Under the pieces are notes generated by a model. It worked only from the letters and a program-made list of their open reading frames with translations, was not told where the DNA came from and did not search any database. A stretch of 64,000 nt of DNA from Octopus vulgaris (lineage: Eukaryota), in NCBI GenBank assembly GCA_951406725.2, contig OX597815.1, positions 176,514,001 to 176,578,000 of the forward strand, written 5' to 3'. Of the stretch, positions 52,061 to 64,000 are shown piece after piece. The stretch's first letter is position 1; each line of letters begins with the position of its first letter. Made by a program: the position numbers and the translations under genes.

Positions 52061-54349
52061 CCTTTATTACATCGCCTTCATTTATATTGATGTAAATAGC
52101 TTATTTTTAAAAAAGTTCTATTAGTTTCTGGTCGATTCGTACATGAATATCTCATAATAGTGTTTACCCGTCATCAGAGAATGTGGCCTCTCTTAAAGCT
52201 ACATCAATGAACTGATGGATCTAACAAGAGTTTAGAGTTTTGTTTATAGAAATTAGTAAATAAATTCGAACGGGAATATCAGATCAGTCATTTTAAGAAT
52301 TCAAAAATAATTTAATGTGGCTTCATAACAAACATGATTCATTGGTGTGACTTTGTGACTGTATTTCGTTCATGGAGTTCACAGAAACATCTAGGAGAGG
52401 CACAATAAGGTCGAAAAGCTGCAGTCTCTCAGAATAGTTTTCTCACGATGAAGAGCAATAGCCACCAACTATTTACGTTAGCATCTGCCAGAACAAGTTG
52501 TCAATGAATAGACACGGTATTGCTTGGATTATTGGATTTTCCTTATTAAATACGCACCTCATGAATTGTGTTATGCAAATTTTATATTGATAATGAAGCA
52601 TACACACAATTAAATATATTAAGAAAGTTTTACATTTTAAAATAGTTTATGTAGATTGCTATAATCCTACATTACATGAAACATCGTAAATATTAAAAAT
52701 GAACATAAATATAATATGTATAATACGTACATAAACATATATACAAAATATACACACATATACGCTATATTTTTTAGTATATAGGTTATATATTAAATTA
52801 TATATTTATTCTCAATTACTTTTATAATCATTTGCATAATTTGTGTTATATATTGAAATCTGAAAATAAGTAACAGTTAGAATACGTAATGTGAATGCGT
52901 TATTATCTTTAGCTTCAAGCATACTTCCATTCTATTAACAGTGAAAATTTGTATGTAATCTAAACTTTTAAGTTTTCTAAATGACGTTCCGTTTAATGCG
53001 CAAAAGAAATTTATTGGATCGAAACAATGTTCTCTAGCTGTTCATATATCTAACTCACCAAAACGGATTATAGACATTTAGTGTTAAGAGAGCAATTTAG
53101 ATAATTTTGAAACCAAATATTAAGCACACAATTTTCTTTACATACTTCAGAGTATTAATTCTGAAATATAGCATGAAGCTACGAAATATATATTTAAAAT
53201 AATTACGCGGCTGTCTGTACATATTCAATAGTAGTTTCTTTCTCCTTCACTACTGCTGTTACATGCTCTCAATTGATTTTACATAGAAACGTACATGACG
53301 CAGCATGTGGCCAGTTTCTGTTATAAATAAACGCTCATACAAATAACTAATGTTTGACATAAACATATTGAAATATTCAGTAGCATTCCATAAATCATAA
53401 ATCAAGAGCTAAGAGCACCTTCAGGCTATTGTCAATTATGTCACTGCAACAACGATGTTCGTATTAGACGTAATTCTATACATGAAGAGAAATTTCAGCA
53501 ATCTAGGTTAAAAAACTATGTACTTACGACATCAGGTATGTTGATATTGGCTGATATATTCCGAGAGTTTAAAATCTCTTGAATTTTTACCGAATGCCCT
53601 TGACAACAGCAAGTGCATAGGTGACATATCAACAAGAAGCTCTATTAGCAATCGTTTGTGTTCTTTTACCAAACATGTATTAATGCGATCTTGGCTTCAA
53701 ACGAGAACGCCAAGTCTTCAGATAATGGTTCTCCGGAACAGAAATAGTACAACGAGACGTACAATGCAGAAGAATGTAAGACGAGGCAATTAAAAGTGCT
53801 TAACATCTCTAATTATCAACAAAATTTGGGCTAAAACAACAAAGACGGGTTTCATATTTAAGTACGAAATATTATGTTGTGTCTGGAAAGAGTCATTTTC
53901 TTTTTGTGCCTTATAAGGTAACACACTCACCTGTAAAATTTCCACTTATTTCTTATTTTTATTTTTATTTTTACATATGTTTTTATAACAAAAAGAAAAT
54001 GAAGCATGCAATGGTGTCTTGTATAGTTCTCTATCGGAAATGCTTGGGTAGAAACATCATGACAGGGTCTGCAATATCACAGCCTGTTTCCAACTGTTTT
54101 TCGGTCCCGTAAGAAGGCTGACAACAGTATACGTTCTGCTCAACTCGGCAAATATGATTTCCTCACCACATATATTTTAAAAGGTGTTCTTCAGCTGTCC
54201 TTTTGAGGACATTTCGGAACCCTTCAAAGTCAGAATCAGGTAACTTATTCTTCGTTTATTTCTGTAGGCAGTTGTCCCCAAAACATTATTTCACAAAACC
54301 TGTCTTCCTCACATCTTTTCCAAAAACAAAAAGGAAAAAAAAAGATACT

Positions 54350-54503
54350 TATATGGGTGTGGTAAGAAATCTGATTCCCAACCACATGGTTCCGGGTTCA
54401 GTGCCACTCCGTACCATCATCGGTAAATGCCTTCTACGATAGCCTCTTACCGACTAAAGCCTTGTGGGTGGATATGGTTGACGGAAACTGAAAGAAGCCT
54501 GCC

Positions 54504-54544
<41 letters not shown>

Positions 54545-54750
54545 TGTGTGTGTGACTTTGTGTCTGTTTTGCCCCCCCCCCCCACTGCTTTCCATAACTT
54601 TGCCGTTGGCAAAACAGCCGATAGAATATGTACCGGGGTTTAAAAGCAGAAGTACCTGAGTCGATTCGTTCGACTAAAATTCTCAAGGCGGTGCCCCAGC
54701 ATGGCCACAATCTAATAAAGGAACAAAGCAAAAGATACAAGATAGAAGAT
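54350..54750 (+). mobile_element. SINE family 1 copy (diverged)
   Basis: GTGTGGTAAG..CCACATGGTTCCGGGTTCAGT..GGCGGTGCCCCAGCATGGCCAC. Confidence 0.85.
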
Positions 54751-55078
54751 ATGAAAACACCTTGTTCCGTACGACAACAAATGCAGATTTCCGGACAAAA
54801 TATTGGAAATGTTTTGTTTTGTTTGTAAAAAGCCGTGTAGGTGTAGATGATATTGTTCACAAAAGTCTCACGTGACCTATTCAAAATGACATTTTCGACT
54901 GTTAAAATATAACTTTTTTTCACTCTCGCAAAACATTAGCATTTGTCAGTGCAATAAAATTACTATTCTTTTGTGTCAGTGAACTTTGGTATTTGTTCAT
55001 TACCAATTTTCTTTGGATAGGGTGGAGAGAAGACTTCAATATTTTCGCAGTTATGACGCTGCACGAATACATGTGGAT

Positions 55079-55147
<69 letters not shown>

Positions 55148-55324
55148 GCACACCTTATTTATCGTTGTTTATACCACTGTGTGGTAAACTCCAAACTTTG
55201 TTAATATAACTGTATGCGAGTATGTTTTATGAAATATCCCCTTAGCAAAAGAAAAAAATAATAAAGCTTCTGAGATCAAGTAAAAATCGCAGATAATCAG
55301 GATATTGAATAATAATAATAATAA

Positions 55325-55541
55325 TAATTCATTCTATTATAGGCACAAGACCTGAAATATGCGGGGAGGGAGTAAGTCGATTACACCGACCCCAGCACGT
55401 AACTGGTACTTATTTAATCGATCCCCAAGGATGAAAGGCACAGTCGACCTCGGCGGAATTTGAACTCAGAACGTAGCGGCAGACGAAATACCACTAAGCA
55501 TTTTACCCGGCGTGATATCGATTCTTCCAGCTCACTGCCTT
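55325..55541 (-). mobile_element. SINE family 2 copy flanked by (AAT)n
   Basis: Full head, GCCTTTCATCCTT core, and tail GGTCTTGTGCCTATAATAGAATGAATTATT. Confidence 0.88.
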
Positions 55542-55554
55542 AATAATAATAATG

Positions 55555-55636
<82 letters not shown>

Positions 55637-55639
55637 TAC

Positions 55640-56721
55640 CTACTTCAGAAGGAAGGAAAGCTGATCCAGATAGCAGCAAAACACGAGCAAAACAAAAAAC
55701 TGTTCTCAGTATTTAAGGAAGCTGACAAATACAAACAAGAAATCATACCACCTAATAAACACAAAGAAGAAGAAGAAGATGATGAAGAAACAACAAAAGC
55801 TATAAAACAAATGAAATCCAAACTAAAAATAGAACAGCAACGAGCCATGATAAAACGATGGCAAGAAAAGCCCCTTCATGGTAAATACTGCACTAAACTA
55901 AACGCAAAAGAAATAGACAAAGAAAAATCCCAGCAATGGTTGAGAAGCTCAGGACTCAAAGCAGAAACAGAGGGATTTTTAATTGCAGCACAAGACCAAA
56001 GCCTCCCCACCAGAAATTACCAAAAACATGTAATGAAAAGAAATATTACAAGTAACTGCAGAATATGTGGAGATGGACAAGAAACAATAAATCATATTAT
56101 CTCTGGCTGCCAAGTCCTGGCTAAGAAGGAATATATTCACAGACACGACAGAGTTGGGACCTTCATACACTGGAAGCTATGCCAACATTATGGAATAACA
56201 ACAGAAAAAAGATGGTATAGGCACACACCAGAAAAGGTCACAGAAAGCGAGAAAGCAACCATACTCTGGGATATGCCAATACACACAGATAGAGAAATAA
56301 AGGCCAACAGACCAGATATAGTTGTCAGAGATCATGAAGGAAAAAAATGTTTTCTACTTAATGTATCAATACCAGCAAATGACAACGTGTGTCTAAAAGA
56401 AATGGAGAAACTTTCAAAATACAAAGACCTGGAAATAGGGGTAACTCGAATGTGGAACCTGAAAACAGAAACAATTCCTATCATAGTAGGTGCATTAGGC
56501 ATGATAAAAAATATTCAGACAAATACATAACAAAAACATCAGGACTTACAAATACATATAACATACAGGAAATTGCACAACTGGGCACTGCCTACATCCT
56601 ACGCAAAACACTTTCAATACAGTAACCATCAGAGCATCACAACAAATCACAGCACATACCCAAGGCACACAGAGCTGCGCTCGGTAGTGCAGTGAAAGCA
56701 CATTATAAAAAAATAAAACTA

Positions 56722-56724
<3 letters not shown>
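55640..56724 (+). mobile_element. Dong/R4-type RLE element A, 5'-truncated
   Basis: WQEKPLHG, ETEGFLIAAQDQ, CRIC..HIISGC, RHD, RPDIVV..K..KYKDL. Flanked by (AAT)n. Confidence 0.93.
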
Positions 56725-56801
<77 letters not shown>

Positions 56802-58678
56802 GCTGGATTAGGAAATGCTGGATTAGGAAATGCCTTGAAATGTATAAGATAGCACCAACTCTGCGAAACTTCTTGACTGTAAGTATGAGATCATGGAGAA
56901 CCACACTAACTCTGAACAGTGACAGTGAATCCCTAAATGCTGGTGATGTAAAAATTTCGTGTGGCATTTTCCAGGGTGACTCACTGTCACCACTCCTCTT
57001 TTGTTTATCCTTAATACCTCTCTCAAAGCTGCTCAATGACGCGCAGTACGGGTATAAAATGTTTGATAAAAATATAAATCATCTCGTTTACATGGATGAT
57101 TTAAAGCTTTTTGCAAAAAATGATCAACAACTCAAGAGCTTACTAGCGATAGTCAAACAATTCAGTGACGACATCAGAATGCAATTCGGCCTCGATAAAT
57201 GTGCAAAGGCTACCTTTATCAAAGGAAAAATGACAGAAACATCTAACGTTAACCTTGACCAACAGAATGTCATAAAAGAACTAGACCCAGCGGAGAGCTA
57301 CAAGTACCTAGGGATAATTGAAGGGAACGGAATAAGGCATTCAGAGATGAAGGAAAGGATCAGGAGAGAATGCTATCGAAGAGTGAGAGCAATACTCAAG
57401 ACAGAGCTGAATGCAAGAAACAGGATCGAAGCAATCAATGCATTAGCTATACCAGTCGTGACTTACAGTTTCAATATTGTTAACTGGTCAATTACTGAAA
57501 TATGTCAGCTCGATAGAAAAATAAGGAAACTGTTGACAATGCATAGAATGCACCACCCTAAGGCAGATACAGAACGACTCTATCTGCCAAGAAAAGAGGG
57601 AGGCCGTGGTCTTTTGCAACTGGCAATAACAATGAAGATTGCTACAATTGGCCTAGACACCTACCTGAAAAACTCTGAGGACTGGATGCTAAAACTTGTC
57701 TCAAAACATGAAAACAAGAAAGCATCATACTCAGTCACAAAACAGGCAAAGGAATATCTAAGTGAATTCCGAATACAACCAATTTCGGAATTAGAGATAG
57801 ATATACAAGAAACAAGCACAGAAAAAGCTAGGCGCATGAAAACCCGTGCCAAAACTGCGGCCTTAGATATTCTGAATAATAAATGGCAAGAAAAACCTCT
57901 CTATGGCAAATACCCAAAGAGAGCGAATAATGCAGATATCGACAAAGCCCTGACCCATCAATGGCTAATGGTCTCTGGCTTAAAATCTGAAACAGAGGGG
58001 TTTATCATAGCAGCTCAAGATCAATGCCTACCAACAAGAAACTACCAGGCCAACATATTAAAGATCAGAAGCAGTCCAACGTGTCGTGTATGCAAGCAAC
58101 AAAATGAAACCATTGACCATGTGGTCTCCAAGTGCAGTCTTGTAGCGCCTACAGAGTATCTCAACAGGCACGATAGAGCTGCACAATATATTCACTGGGT
58201 AATCTGTAAAAACCTGGATTTGCCCCATGAAAAAAACTGGTGGGAACACAAACCACCCCCAGTGCTTGAAAATGACCACATCTCACTCCTCTGGAACTTC
58301 ACCATTCAAACTGACAGGAAGATAGATGCAAATAGGCCAGACATCATATTGAAAAACTTCAAACAAAGAACATGCCTCCTCATTGATATGACTGTCCCAA
58401 TCGATATAAACGTATCTGTCAAGACCTACCAAAAACTGAGAAAATATAAAGATCTTGAAATAGAAATCAGCAAAATGTGGAAGCTGAAGACTAAAACAAT
58501 ACCTGTTGTCATAGGTGCCCTGGGAATGATAGCAAAAGGGGCTGATAGCTACCTAACTCAGATACCAGGAAACCCCAAAATGGCAGAAGTTCAAAAGATA
58601 GTGCTCATGGGAACTGCTCATATCCTACGCAAAATACTCTCTATGTAATCTCAAGGTTTAAAACAAACATAATTTTCG

Positions 58679-58711
<33 letters not shown>

Positions 58712-58878
58712 TTTTTTTTTTTTTTTTTTAGACATTCATTAGTACAACATCCCCACCCCCCAAATATATGGCACACTAGGCATAACAACAACATGAACTT
58801 CCAACCCTGTTGTCTCTTGAGGTCTCTGGGTGAGACTTGGAGCCAACTTGTACAAATATAAAGCAAAAGTCAAACATA
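56802..58878 (+). mobile_element. Dong/R4-type RLE element B, 5'-truncated
   Basis: Contains ORF 56840..58648 and its 3' UTR. Both ends abut (AAT)n. Confidence 0.95.
56840..58648 (+). CDS. RT (C-terminal part), CCHC knuckle and restriction-like endonuclease; uninterrupted 602 aa
   Basis: GIFQGDSLSP, YMDD, YKYLG, GGRGL, CRVC..HVVSKC, RHD, RPDI..ID..K..KYKDL. Confidence 0.93.
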   Translation: MYKIAPTLRNFLTVSMRSWRTTLTLNSDSESLNAGDVKISCGIFQGDSLSPLLFCLSLIPLSKLLNDAQYGYKMFDKNINHLVYMDDLKLFAKNDQQLKSLLAIVKQFSDDIRMQFGLDKCAKATFIKGKMTETSNVNLDQQNVIKELDPAESYKYLGIIEGNGIRHSEMKERIRRECYRRVRAILKTELNARNRIEAINALAIPVVTYSFNIVNWSITEICQLDRKIRKLLTMHRMHHPKADTERLYLPRKEGGRGLLQLAITMKIATIGLDTYLKNSEDWMLKLVSKHENKKASYSVTKQAKEYLSEFRIQPISELEIDIQETSTEKARRMKTRAKTAALDILNNKWQEKPLYGKYPKRANNADIDKALTHQWLMVSGLKSETEGFIIAAQDQCLPTRNYQANILKIRSSPTCRVCKQQNETIDHVVSKCSLVAPTEYLNRHDRAAQYIHWVICKNLDLPHEKNWWEHKPPPVLENDHISLLWNFTIQTDRKIDANRPDIILKNFKQRTCLLIDMTVPIDINVSVKTYQKLRKYKDLEIEISKMWKLKTKTIPVVIGALGMIAKGADSYLTQIPGNPKMAEVQKIVLMGTAHILRKILSM

Positions 58879-58904
58879 GAATAATAATAATAATGATGAT
58901 GATG

Positions 58905-60182
58905 ATAGAGCTACTCAACGGCGAGAAAATCAAGGATATTGAGACAAATGCATATAAATATCTGGGGATTTTAGAATACAACAAAATCAAGGAAATTTTA
59001 TTGAGGGAAGAAGGTGCAATGGGAAAAACAAGATGAGAGCAATGAATACATGGGCTGTTTACTAAATGCGATATGGCGCAGATATTGTTAGATGGACAGG
59101 AAAACCAGAACAGTAATGATAATTAACAAGGAACTACACCCCAAAAGTGATACTGACAGATTGTATGTGCCTAGGAATAGGAGAGGAAGAGGCCTCAAGG
59201 TCTGTGTTGTCAACGAGGAGAACAGCCTTGGATGGTGCATCAAACAAGAGAGTGAATCCTTGCTTCCCAGAAACATTTAAGAAACAAGATGACGCAGAAA
59301 GAGTAAACAACTGGACAATGAAACCACAGCATGGGCAATACCTCTGACAAAAAAAAAAACGAAGGAAAAGACAAGATCAACACATGGCGATGGCTAAGAA
59401 AAGGTGATCTGAAAGGATGTACTGAGGCACTGATAAGCAGCGCCCAAGAACAAGCTCTGAGAACTAATTACACCAAGTTCCAAATAGATAAGAATAGCGA
59501 ATCAGTCCTTTGTAGGATGCGTGACATAAGAAACGAGACAATCTCACATACTGTGAGTGAGTTTAGCAAGCTGACCCAATGGCACAACAAAAGGTTGCAC
59601 GATAACATGGCTAAGTTCGTCCATTGGAGACTATGGGAAAATACAGCTGGAACAGCGCACGGAAATGGTACGAACATGAACCAGAAGGAGTCACCGAGAT
59701 CAAAGAACATAAGATACTGTGGGATTTTACAATCCAATGTGACTCCCTAATCGAGGCTCGGATACCAGATATTGTTGTGGTAGATGAAGGAAAAAAATGA
59801 AACCAAGGTCATAGATGTTGCAATACTTGGAGATGCATGCATAAGTGATAAAGAGCCAGAAAAGATCGAAAAGTAAAGACTACTAATAGAGGAAATTGCA
59901 AGAATATTGACCATGAGGAGATTGTTTGTCATTCCAGTAGTTGTAGGGGCACTCGGAGCACTAATAAGATAATTCGGAATTGACATGAGAGCAGAGCAAG
60001 CCCCCAAAACTTCTCTGCTGCGGACAGCTAGGATTTTGAGATTGGAACTTGAGTGTTGAATGTCTCCCACAATAATTAACAAGCAAGTATCAAATCCTGT
60101 GAGACCTCTGACAGCAGGTTGCCATCCGGTCTCACACAATCTATCAGAACAAACAAGACCGATATTTCTGAGATGTAAAGCG
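58905..60182 (+). mobile_element. Dong/R4-type RLE element C, degenerate
   Basis: YKYLGILE, LHPKSDTDRLYVPR..GRGL, WLRKGDLK.CTEALISSAQEQALRT, ILWDF, PDIVV..IDVAI, IPVVVGALG. Ends in (AAT)n. Confidence 0.88.
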
Positions 60183-60251
<69 letters not shown>

Positions 60252-61081
60252 TGATGATGATGATGATGACAACGACGAAGATGACGATGACGACGATGAT
60301 GACGACGACAACAACGACGACGATGATGATGATGATGGATATTTGGACAACCCCCGCCCTCCTACTTTAGTAACTTTGGTTTCTCATAGTCAGGAAATTA
60401 ATTTTAGAATCTGGTGTATATATTTCATTTCAACGATGCTTCAGAAATGTCTCTCAAAGTCTATCACCTACTTGCGCGTAGAGAACTGCTCTCTGCCCTC
60501 AAGGCTAACAGTATGATGTTATAAATTAATTTTAATGAGGGAATATTTTCGTATGAAGTGATTTAATATGGCTTCAAATGATCTGAATTAACAAAAGACT
60601 GTTTTTAATGCCGAAATTTAATGATATCTACATGTAAAAGAAAACATAATTGAAATCCAAAATAAGTGAGGATATAAAATGCTCTCTACGCAGAGAGTGA
60701 GTGTTGTGTATTTTCATATACAAGCCATGCAAGGAACTCTATTTCAAGTATACTAATTCTTTAACAGAACTCTTAACTGATATTAAATTTGCTTACAAGC
60801 AATTCATTAAAACTGGGCAAATTAATTTTATTCCAGTGTTTTACAATACACACATACACGCGTGTATGTATTTACGTTCATATAAGTATGTATACTTAAA
60901 TACAAAGACACATAAAAGCACATACGCTTTAATACATACATGCATATGTGTATGTGTATGGTTATGTATGTGTGTTGCGAGCGTTCCTTTATGTGAAGGT
61001 TTGTGTCTGGTGTTAGAAAATATATTTCTAAAGTCTTCATCATTGTAGCATATCTATACAATCACGTGCATGCATGTATAG

Positions 61082-61151
<70 letters not shown>

Positions 61152-61544
61152 ACACACACATACATACATACACACACACAATAAAAGATATGTTAGATAG
61201 ATTTCGGTATATACATTTAAAACGTCTTTCGGACTTATAAAAGACTAAATTCGTCGGCGAATTTCAAATACACACGACTTTTTCTATTTGACAATAATGT
61301 TACAAATTAAAGTACTGTGGGATTTCATTCTCATCTTTTCCCAAATATCCACAAATATCCGATAGTTGTCATTTATGCTCCTGTCCTAATGAAGGTGATT
61401 ACTATTTAATGAGTATAGTTACTGTTAATTTGTAAATTACTCTCATTGCCGCTTTGAATTCTTATCTCTACTTCTAATTCAGTTACGATAGTTTCTTTCT
61501 ATTGAAAAGCAACAAAACAATCGCTATTCTAAGAGCAAAATTGC

Positions 61545-61765
61545 TTGGAGCTGTTAGAATCGTTAGCAAGTCGGGCAAAATGCTTAGCGGCATTTCTTTC
61601 AGTTTTTTTACTTCCCCAGTTCAAATTTAGTCTAGACCGACTTTACCTTCCATTATTTTGAGGTCAATAAAATAAAGTACCAGATGAACACTGGGGCCAA
61701 TGTAATCGAACTTATCCCTCCTCTAAAACTGCTGGCTTTCTGAAAAAATTTGAAACCATTATCAT
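61545..61765 (+). mobile_element. SINE family 2 copy (diverged)
   Basis: GAGCTGTTAGAATCGTTAGCA..GTTCAAAT..CCTTCCAT..ATAAAGTACCAG..CTGGGGCCAATGTAATCGA. Confidence 0.75.
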
Positions 61766-62912
61766 GTGAATAACAGCACTGACGAATTTTACACAAGAAA
61801 CATTTACTTCCATTCATGTCTCAGTTTTTATCTTTATTTTTCTACTCGTTGTTAGTGCCTTGTGTTTGTTATCATGGCCGAATGGTGAAGACGTTTAATT
61901 TACAGACGTTTGGCTTCGATTGCACTGGGAGTCACCAAGGGCGGCTGTCCATTATCTGTCTGTACGTCACGAGTGAAATTCAGTGTAGAAATACGTTAGA
62001 CGGCATTTTATCTGTAACAAAAAGGGAAAGTTTTGTCAGATGTGTTTCAGGTGGATCCTTGAGAATTATGCCAATGGTAAACCTGCGAGTGGTGTGCTCA
62101 TTCACTTACCTGCATGTTCAATGTGCAAATAATTTGAGTGATTGAACATGTGAATCTGCATCGTCAAAACCGAATGAGACCCATTTCCTCATTTACTTAC
62201 AATTGTTTATATAAAACAGAACATGATGCATTTCATTTATTTTTATATTCCTTCAACATACACTTATATAAACCAGTTGGAGGAGATGTCTTCCAGGGGT
62301 TAAAATTGCACTCGTGTCATCTGTTAGAGAACACTGACATTAAAGTGGTTCATATACTGTCTCTATCTCAAACAGATATATTCTAACAGATTAGTTTCCT
62401 AGTTACGAAATCAGTGATTGTATGACAGTATATTTTCTATATATGCAAGCAAGGTTAAACTGGTGCCATGTCAGGTAAACGAGTGCCCTTCGCTGAAGTA
62501 ATCCAATAAGATCGAATTCACGTGGTCTTGTGGTGTTGAAGCTACGATGGCAGGAGTTATCTCCCACTTGCAATAAATATCGAGTGCGGAAAGAGCACTG
62601 AATAAACCAGCTGGAGGAGATATCTTCCTCAGGTCTAAAATTGCCGTATCGTCGTCTCTTAGAGAATGCCCACATTAAAGTGAGGATAAACACTATATTC
62701 ATATATACATCCAATGAAAAGAAGACAGATCTTTAATTATAAGTTACAGCTGTTTCCGTACCATCTTTATTTGCAACGCCAGTTTACGCAAAGATTCGAA
62801 ATGAAAATTCACGGTTTTAGACATTAGGGAAACACTTCATTAGCTTTGCATCAAAGGTGTGTTCTCACATTATACTCCCTTCAGACGTTGTTTGGAATAA
62901 ATAAATGAATAA

Positions 62913-62988
<76 letters not shown>

Positions 62989-62993
62989 AAGGT

Positions 62994-63253
62994 TAATGGA
63001 GAAGATGGAGTACACGAAAAAGCTTTTATTATCACAACAATTGTTTCGGCTTCAAGTTGCACTGCCCCCTAGTGGGCATGAAACGATCCAATAACACCAG
63101 ATGCAACGCACACTGCAAAAGAGGCTCTTTCGTACTGTGCATTGCATCTGATGTTATTGCATCGTTCCACTCCCACTCGGGGGCAGTGCGACTTGAAGCC
63201 GAAACAATTGTTGTGATATTATATGCATTTTCATATACACCGTCTCTCCATTA
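62994..63253. repeat. Imperfect ~260-bp palindrome
   Basis: The arms pair about the centre AAAGAG-G-CTCTTT (63118-63130). Confidence 0.85.
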
Positions 63254-63556
63254 CTCTTTAAAATATACCCGGCGTGAATCCTGGAATTTTTGAACCTAGA
63301 TCCAACGATGAATTCAAAGTATTGCTGATGACACCTGATAGCCATAAATGGGGAATATGTACATGCTACACGGGACTTACACTGAAAAGGGGTTTGGATG
63401 CTACATTTAATACCTGCTTTCTAAACCTTAATTCTTTAACTTTAAATTCAATTTTCATATATATATATATAACTAATGTAGGATAAAATTTTTTCGAGAA
63501 AAAATTTTAACAATGGCCAGCATATCAAAAAATACCTTTAACGGTTAAATTTATAA

Positions 63557-63748
63557 ATAATTTACAAAATAAGGCCAAAAGAAAAATTCTAATGCCAAAT
63601 ATGCCGAAAAAAAAGACGAAATTGTCAATAACCATTATAATTTATGCGTTTCGAGACGCATAAATTATAATGGTTATTGACAATTTTGTCTTTTTTTTCG
63701 GCATATTTGGCATTAGAATTTTTCTTTTGCCCTTATTTTGTAAATTAT
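63557..63748. repeat. Near-perfect 192-bp palindrome
   Basis: The ~96-bp arms pair about TGCGTTTCGAGACGCA. Confidence 0.93.
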
Positions 63749-63784
63749 ATATATATATATATATAAATACATATCTGTATATTA

Positions 63785-64000
63785 TGTGTGTGCGCGCGAG
63801 TGTATATTTGCGTTCGCCCCACCACCAACTGGCAACCGGTGATTACGTCCAGACAGCTTATCGGTTCGGCCAAAGATACCCAAAGAATAAGTCCGAGGCT
63901 TAAGCGAAAGAAAAATGTACTGGGGTTGATTCATTCGATCTAAAATTCCTCCAAGGCGCTGTTCCAGCATGGCCGAAGTGTAATGACTAAAGCAAGTAAA
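63785..64000 (+). mobile_element. SINE family 1, 3' half (diverged)
   Basis: CAACCGGTG..CGGTTCGGC..AAGGCGCTGTTCCAGCATGGCC..ATGACTAAAGCAAGTAAA. Confidence 0.75.

Noticed and set aside
52115-52181. Minus-strand CTGATGA...GAAACTAATAGAA as a hammerhead
   Set aside because: Stem II has only about 3 bp and the stem III/cleavage triplet is broken, so it could be chance.

Overview
AT-rich, microsatellite-saturated eukaryotic DNA in which I can find no host protein-coding exon. The mix of SINE, LINE and microsatellite families points to a coleoid cephalopod, probably Octopus; this is an inference. The window is mostly mobile-element remains: Penelope-like elements (PLEs), Dong/R4-type RLE non-LTR elements stacked in (TAA)n arrays, CR1/L2-group LINEs, two RTE fragments, Tc1/mariner remnants, a Helitron-like 3' end and at least four tRNA-derived SINE families. 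Most ORFs in the supplied track are translated microsatellites. Four observations stand out. (1) The PLE at 1-2700 (-) appears to have two ORFs in a gag-pol-like layout: a coiled-coil plus low-complexity ORF1 ends over an in-frame U_UUU_UUA slippery site whose -1 frame is the RT. (2) Type I hammerhead-ribozyme motifs are scattered through the window, two with intact cores (4056-4128, 26186-26269). (3) Several (TA)n-flanked fold-back palindromes have arms carrying the hammerhead GAAAC motif. (4) One SINE family shares a structured 3' tail with a CR1/L2-group LINE. All alignments and foldings were done by eye, and element boundaries are approximate.
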